Of a stretch of 10,130 nucleotides of DNA, positions 6,959 to 10,130 are shown piece after piece; the first letter of the stretch is position 1; each line of letters opens with the position of its first letter. The position numbers were made by a program, and so were the translations under genes. The DNA comes from a virus, in the UHGV virus genome UHGV-0074229, one strand, 5' to 3'. Below the pieces are notes generated by a model. The model was not told the origin of the DNA. It did not search any database and was given only the letters and a program-made list of their open reading frames with translations.

Positions 6959-7309
6959 ATGCCACCACGAACACCAAAAGCCTGCCGTGTTCGCGGCTGC
7001 CGCTCTATAACCACAGACCCGTCAGGCTACTGCGAAAGCCACAAAAGCGAAGGCTGGAAGCAGTACAAACCTAGACAATCCCGTCACCAGCGCGGCTACG
7101 GTTCGAAGTGGGATGTTATCCGCGCGTGCGTGCTGAAGCGTGATAAAGGACTGTGTCAGTTATGTCTGCGTGCTGGTGTGGTGCGTGAGGCGAAAACCGT
7201 TGACCACATCATCCCTAAAGCGCATGGCGGCACTGATGCCGACTGTAATCTGCAGAGTCTGTGCTGGCCTTGTCATAAGGCGAAGACGGCCCGTGAACGG
7301 CTGAAGTGA
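6959..7309 (+). CDS. HNH endonuclease (terminase-associated, HK97 gp74-like)
   Basis: HNH motif DHIIPKAHGG...NLQSLCWPCH with Cys-rich zinc-binding pairs (CRVRGC, CQLC, CWPCH). Strong RBS GAGGGGAG. Position immediately upstream of TerS/TerL is the known HK97-type arrangement. Confidence 0.9.
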   Translation: MPPRTPKACRVRGCRSITTDPSGYCESHKSEGWKQYKPRQSRHQRGYGSKWDVIRACVLKRDKGLCQLCLRAGVVREAKTVDHIIPKAHGGTDADCNLQSLCWPCHKAKTARERLK

Positions 7310-7335
7310 TAATAATTCTCAACTGTCTGATGGGA

Positions 7336-7384
7336 GGGGCGGGTCAAATCTCTGTGACCTGACGTCTTCCGGACTGCCCGCCCC
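7336..7384. repeat. GC-rich inverted repeat (GGGGCGGG ... CCCGCCCC, 33-nt spacer) followed by a T7 run, between HNH and TerS; candidate cos/packaging-site region or terminator
   Basis: Perfect 8-bp G/C arms at 7336-7343 and 7377-7384. In HK97-like phages cos lies between the HNH gene and the small terminase gene. Confidence 0.35.
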
Positions 7385-7434
7385 ATCGTTTTTTTATACC
7401 CGCGAAAAATGAAATTTAACCAGGAGTGCCGCAT

Positions 7435-7929
7435 ATGGCTGGAACGGCGGGGCGTTCCGGGCGTCGCCCCAAGCCAACGGCGCGCAAGGCGCTGGCCGGA
7501 AACCCCGGCAAGCGAGCCCTGAACAAAGATGAACCTGTTTTTACGCCCATCAAAGGTGTTGAGCCACCGGAGTGGTTCGCAGAAGAAAATCTCCCTCTCG
7601 CCACGATCATGTGGCAGCTGACAACCAAAGAACTCTGTGGTCAGGGGCTGCTGTGCGTGACTGACCTCGCGGTGCTTGAGCGTTGGTGCGTGGCCTATGA
7701 GTTCTGGCGACGTGCCGTGAAAAATATTGCCAGCCAGGGCAACACCATTACCGGTGCAATGGGTGGCAGGGTCAAAAACCCGGAGCTGACCGCCAAGAAA
7801 GAACAGGAGTCCGAGATGAGCAGCACGGGGGCAATGCTCGGACTCGACCCCAGCAGCCGCCAGCGTCTGATTGGCCTGGCGGGGCAGAAGAAAGCCACTA
7901 ACCCGTTTCTGAAAATCATCGAGTCATGA
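7435..7929 (+). CDS. Terminase small subunit (P27 family)
   Basis: N-terminal [30 protein letters not shown] is the basic GNPGKR-type N-terminus of P27-family TerS. ATG at 7435 with AGGAG at 7422-7426; the track start at 7426 is a GTG inside the RBS. Stop overlaps the TerL start (ATGA). Confidence 0.8.
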   Translation: MAGTAGRSGRRPKPTARKALAGNPGKRALNKDEPVFTPIKGVEPPEWFAEENLPLATIMWQLTTKELCGQGLLCVTDLAVLERWCVAYEFWRRAVKNIASQGNTITGAMGGRVKNPELTAKKEQESEMSSTGAMLGLDPSSRQRLIGLAGQKKATNPFLKIIES

Positions 7930-9659
7930 GCCGGAAATCTTACCCCAACGTAAATGCAGCCAATCAGTATGCCCGTGATGTCGTGCGCGGAAAGATTGTG
8001 GCCTGCCAGTTTGTGATTCAGGCCTGCCAGCGCCATCTTGATGACCTGATGGCGGAAAAAAGTAAGTCGTTTCGTTACCGCTTCGACAAGGACCTGGCTG
8101 AACGGGCCGCGAAATTTATTCAGCTGTTGCCGCACACCAAGGGTGAGTGGGCATTCAAACGGATGCCCATCACGCTGGAGCCGTGGCAGCTATTTGTGAT
8201 CTGCTGTGCGTTTGGCTGGGTCAATAAAGGCACCCGGTTGCGCCGCTTCCGGGAGGTGTATACCGAAATCCCCCGTAAGAACGGCAAATCAGCAATCTCT
8301 GCCGGTGTTGCCCTGTATTGTTTTGCCTGTGATAACGAGTTTGGCGCGGAAGTGTATTCCGGTGCCACGACAGAGAAACAGGCGTGGGAAGTCTTTCGCC
8401 CGGCGCGACTGATGTGTAAACGCACACCCATGCTGACGGAAGCGTTCGGGATTGAGGTTAACGCCTCAAACATGAACCGTCCGGAGGATGGCGCGCGGTT
8501 TGAACCGCTGATCGGTAACCCTGGTGATGGTTCATCACCCCACTGTGCGGTGGTGGATGAATATCACGAGCACGCCACCGATGCGCTTTATACCACGATG
8601 CTTACCGGGATGGGGGCGCGACGTCAGCCACTGATGTGGGCCATCACCACCGCCGGGTACAACATTGAGGGGCCGTGCTACGACAAGCGGCGGGAAGTTA
8701 TCGAGATGCTCAACGGTTCGGTACCCAACGATGAACTGTTTGGGATCATCTATACCGTTGATGAAGGTGACGACTGGACCGACCCGCAGGTGCTGGAAAA
8801 AGCCAATCCAAATATTGGCGTGTCGGTTTATCGCGAATTTTTGTTAAGTCAGCAGCAGCGTGCGAAAAATAACGCCCGTCTGGCAAACGTCTTTAAAACA
8901 AAACACCTCAATATCTGGGTGTCGGCGCGTTCGGCGTATTTCAACCTGGTGAGCTGGCAGAGCTGCGAGGATAAATCACTGACCCTTGAGCAGTTCGAGG
9001 GGCAGCCGTGCATTCTGGCCTTTGACCTGGCGCGTAAGCTGGATATGAACAGCATGGCGCGACTTTATACCCGCGAGATTGACGGTAAAACGCATTACTA
9101 CAGTGTGGCCCCGCGTTTCTGGGTACCGTATGACACGGTGTACAGCGTCGAGAAAAATGAAGATCGCCGGACAGCCGAACGCTTTCAGAAATGGGTGGAA
9201 ATGGGCGTTCTGACTGTTACCGCTGGTGCGGAGGTGGATTATCGCTACATCCTCGAGGAGGCCAAAGCGGCGAACAAAATCAGCCCGGTCAGTGAGTCAC
9301 CCATCGACCCCTTCGGGGCGACCGGGCTGTCGCATGACCTTGCTGATGAAGACCTGAACCCCATCACCATCATTCAGAACTACACCAACATGTCCGATCC
9401 GATGAAAGAGCTGGAAGCGGCGATTGAATCGGGGCGCTTTCATCATGACGGCAATCCCATCATGACCTGGTGTATCGGCAACGTGGTCGGCAAAACCATT
9501 CCGGGTAACGATGATGTGGTGAAGCCTGTCAAGGAGCAGGCGGAAAACAAAATCGATGGTGCGGTTGCACTGATTATGGCGATCGGTCGGGCAATGCTCA
9601 AAGAACCCGACGATTTCCTCTCATCTCTTGATCCGGACGATGCTCTCTTAATTCTATGA
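7926..9659 (+). CDS. Terminase large subunit (HK97-like)
   Basis: 577-aa ORF with ATPase Walker A ([10 protein letters not shown]) and Walker B (CAVVDEYHE), plus a C-terminal nuclease-domain-sized region. Translationally coupled to TerS. Confidence 0.9.
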   Translation: MSRKSYPNVNAANQYARDVVRGKIVACQFVIQACQRHLDDLMAEKSKSFRYRFDKDLAERAAKFIQLLPHTKGEWAFKRMPITLEPWQLFVICCAFGWVNKGTRLRRFREVYTEIPRKNGKSAISAGVALYCFACDNEFGAEVYSGATTEKQAWEVFRPARLMCKRTPMLTEAFGIEVNASNMNRPEDGARFEPLIGNPGDGSSPHCAVVDEYHEHATDALYTTMLTGMGARRQPLMWAITTAGYNIEGPCYDKRREVIEMLNGSVPNDELFGIIYTVDEGDDWTDPQVLEKANPNIGVSVYREFLLSQQQRAKNNARLANVFKTKHLNIWVSARSAYFNLVSWQSCEDKSLTLEQFEGQPCILAFDLARKLDMNSMARLYTREIDGKTHYYSVAPRFWVPYDTVYSVEKNEDRRTAERFQKWVEMGVLTVTAGAEVDYRYILEEAKAANKISPVSESPIDPFGATGLSHDLADEDLNPITIIQNYTNMSDPMKELEAAIESGRFHHDGNPIMTWCIGNVVGKTIPGNDDVVKPVKEQAENKIDGAVALIMAIGRAMLKEPDDFLSSLDPDDALLIL

Positions 9660-9817
9660 AATCACTAATTGCTGATGTTATCGGGCTGGCTGGTTTTGGC
9701 CTGCTTACGTGCGGGTTTTACCTGCAGTTTGGTATGGCTCCGGCTCTGATGCTGTCCGGCGGTTTACTGCTGGTGGGCGCACTGGCTATGGCCAGAAGGG
9801 GGACGCGTGCTGCTTGA
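9656..9817 (+). CDS. Hypothetical small membrane protein (53 aa, two predicted TM helices)
   Basis: ATG overlaps the TerL stop (ATGA). Translation [53 protein letters not shown] is almost entirely hydrophobic. Below the ORF-track length cut-off. Confidence 0.35.
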   Translation: MKSLIADVIGLAGFGLLTCGFYLQFGMAPALMLSGGLLLVGALAMARRGTRAA

Positions 9818-9835
9818 TGCTCTGTTCAGAAGTAA

Positions 9836-10130
9836 ATCACTGGAGAATCCTTCCACCCCGATAACCAGGCGGCGAATACTGCACAGGACAGCGGAGCATC
9901 GCTGCTGATTGGTCATGCCAATAACGGTGCAGAGATTGTTGCCAACAGTCTGGTGCTGATGCCGTCGGCAGACTATGCACGCCAGATTTGTGGTGCGGGA
10001 AGTCAGCTGGCGCGTATGGTCGAGGCTTATCGCCAGACCGACCCGTTTGGCGAGCTGTATGTGATTGCCGTTCCGGAAGCCACAGGCGCGGCGGCAACGG
10101 TTACGCTGACGGTGACCGGGGCGGCAACCG
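9836..10130 (+). CDS. Partial CDS running off the window; unidentified phage protein, start uncertain
   Basis: Frame open from the TAA at 9833-9835 to the window end, GC-rich and Ala/Thr/Val-rich (...VIAVPEATGAAATVTLTVTGAAT). First canonical starts in frame are GTG 9953 and ATG 9959, neither with a convincing SD. Identity not determined. Confidence 0.4.
   Translation, partial: MTGESFHPDNQAANTAQDSGASLLIGHANNGAEIVANSLVLMPSADYARQICGAGSQLARMVEAYRQTDPFGELYVIAVPEATGAAATVTLTVTGAAT

Larger units (their letters stand above)
1..10130. mobile_element. Segment of a lambdoid (HK97-like) prophage late region: Q antiterminator, lysis cassette, HNH-TerS-TerL packaging module, interrupted by two AT-rich cargo inserts
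   Basis: Gene content and order (Q, holin, R-like endolysin, Rz/Rz1, HNH, P27-type TerS, TerL) are typical of lambdoid late operons. Core genes are ~50-55% GC while the two inserts are visibly AT-rich (GC estimated by eye). Confidence 0.85.

Noticed and set aside
6892-7074. + strand ORF 6892-7074 overlapping the start of the HNH gene
   Set aside because: Out of frame with the HNH gene, which has a strong RBS and a clear HNH motif.
7416-9055. Minus- and plus-strand ORFs overlapping TerS/TerL (7416-7628 -, 7695-8135 -, 8120-8473 -, 8206-8412 +, 8221-8427 -, 8665-8847 +, 8849-9055 -)
   Set aside because: All lie within or antisense to the terminase genes, which carry clear Walker motifs. They are typical Arg/Pro/Ser-rich shadow ORFs of GC-rich coding DNA.
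9837-10097. Minus-strand 86-aa ORF near the window end
   Set aside because: Antisense to the GC-rich + strand open frame; Pro/Arg-rich shadow composition and no RBS.
1-10130. CRISPR arrays or IS/transposon ends
   Set aside because: No regularly spaced direct repeats and no terminal inverted repeats flanking a transposase-like ORF were seen. The only notable inverted repeats are the short hairpins annotated above.

Overview
The window reads as the late-gene region of a lambdoid, HK97-like prophage from an enterobacterial host (inferred from the near-lambda R endolysin and GC ~50% in the phage core genes). Left to right: the 3' end of an upstream gene, a phage-82/QuuD-type Q antiterminator, an AT-rich ~3.7 kb insert, a lysis cassette (holin, lambda R-like endolysin, overlapping Rz/Rz1 spanins), a second AT-rich ~1.2 kb insert, then HNH endonuclease, terminase small and large subunits, a small membrane ORF and the start of an unidentified GC-rich ORF. 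The most interesting feature is in the first insert: a ~1050-aa minus-strand protein, antisense to the late operon, that fuses an intact calcineurin-like metallophosphoesterase domain (SbcD/Mre11-like motifs) to a central P-loop NTPase and a ~500-aa helical C-terminal region. It sits in the Q-to-holin slot that holds stx in Stx phages, and its effector-NTPase-sensor layout resembles STAND/Avs-type anti-phage proteins. I do not recognise it as a named defence system, but I cannot search databases here. All family assignments are from reading the translations and recalling motifs; no alignments were run.
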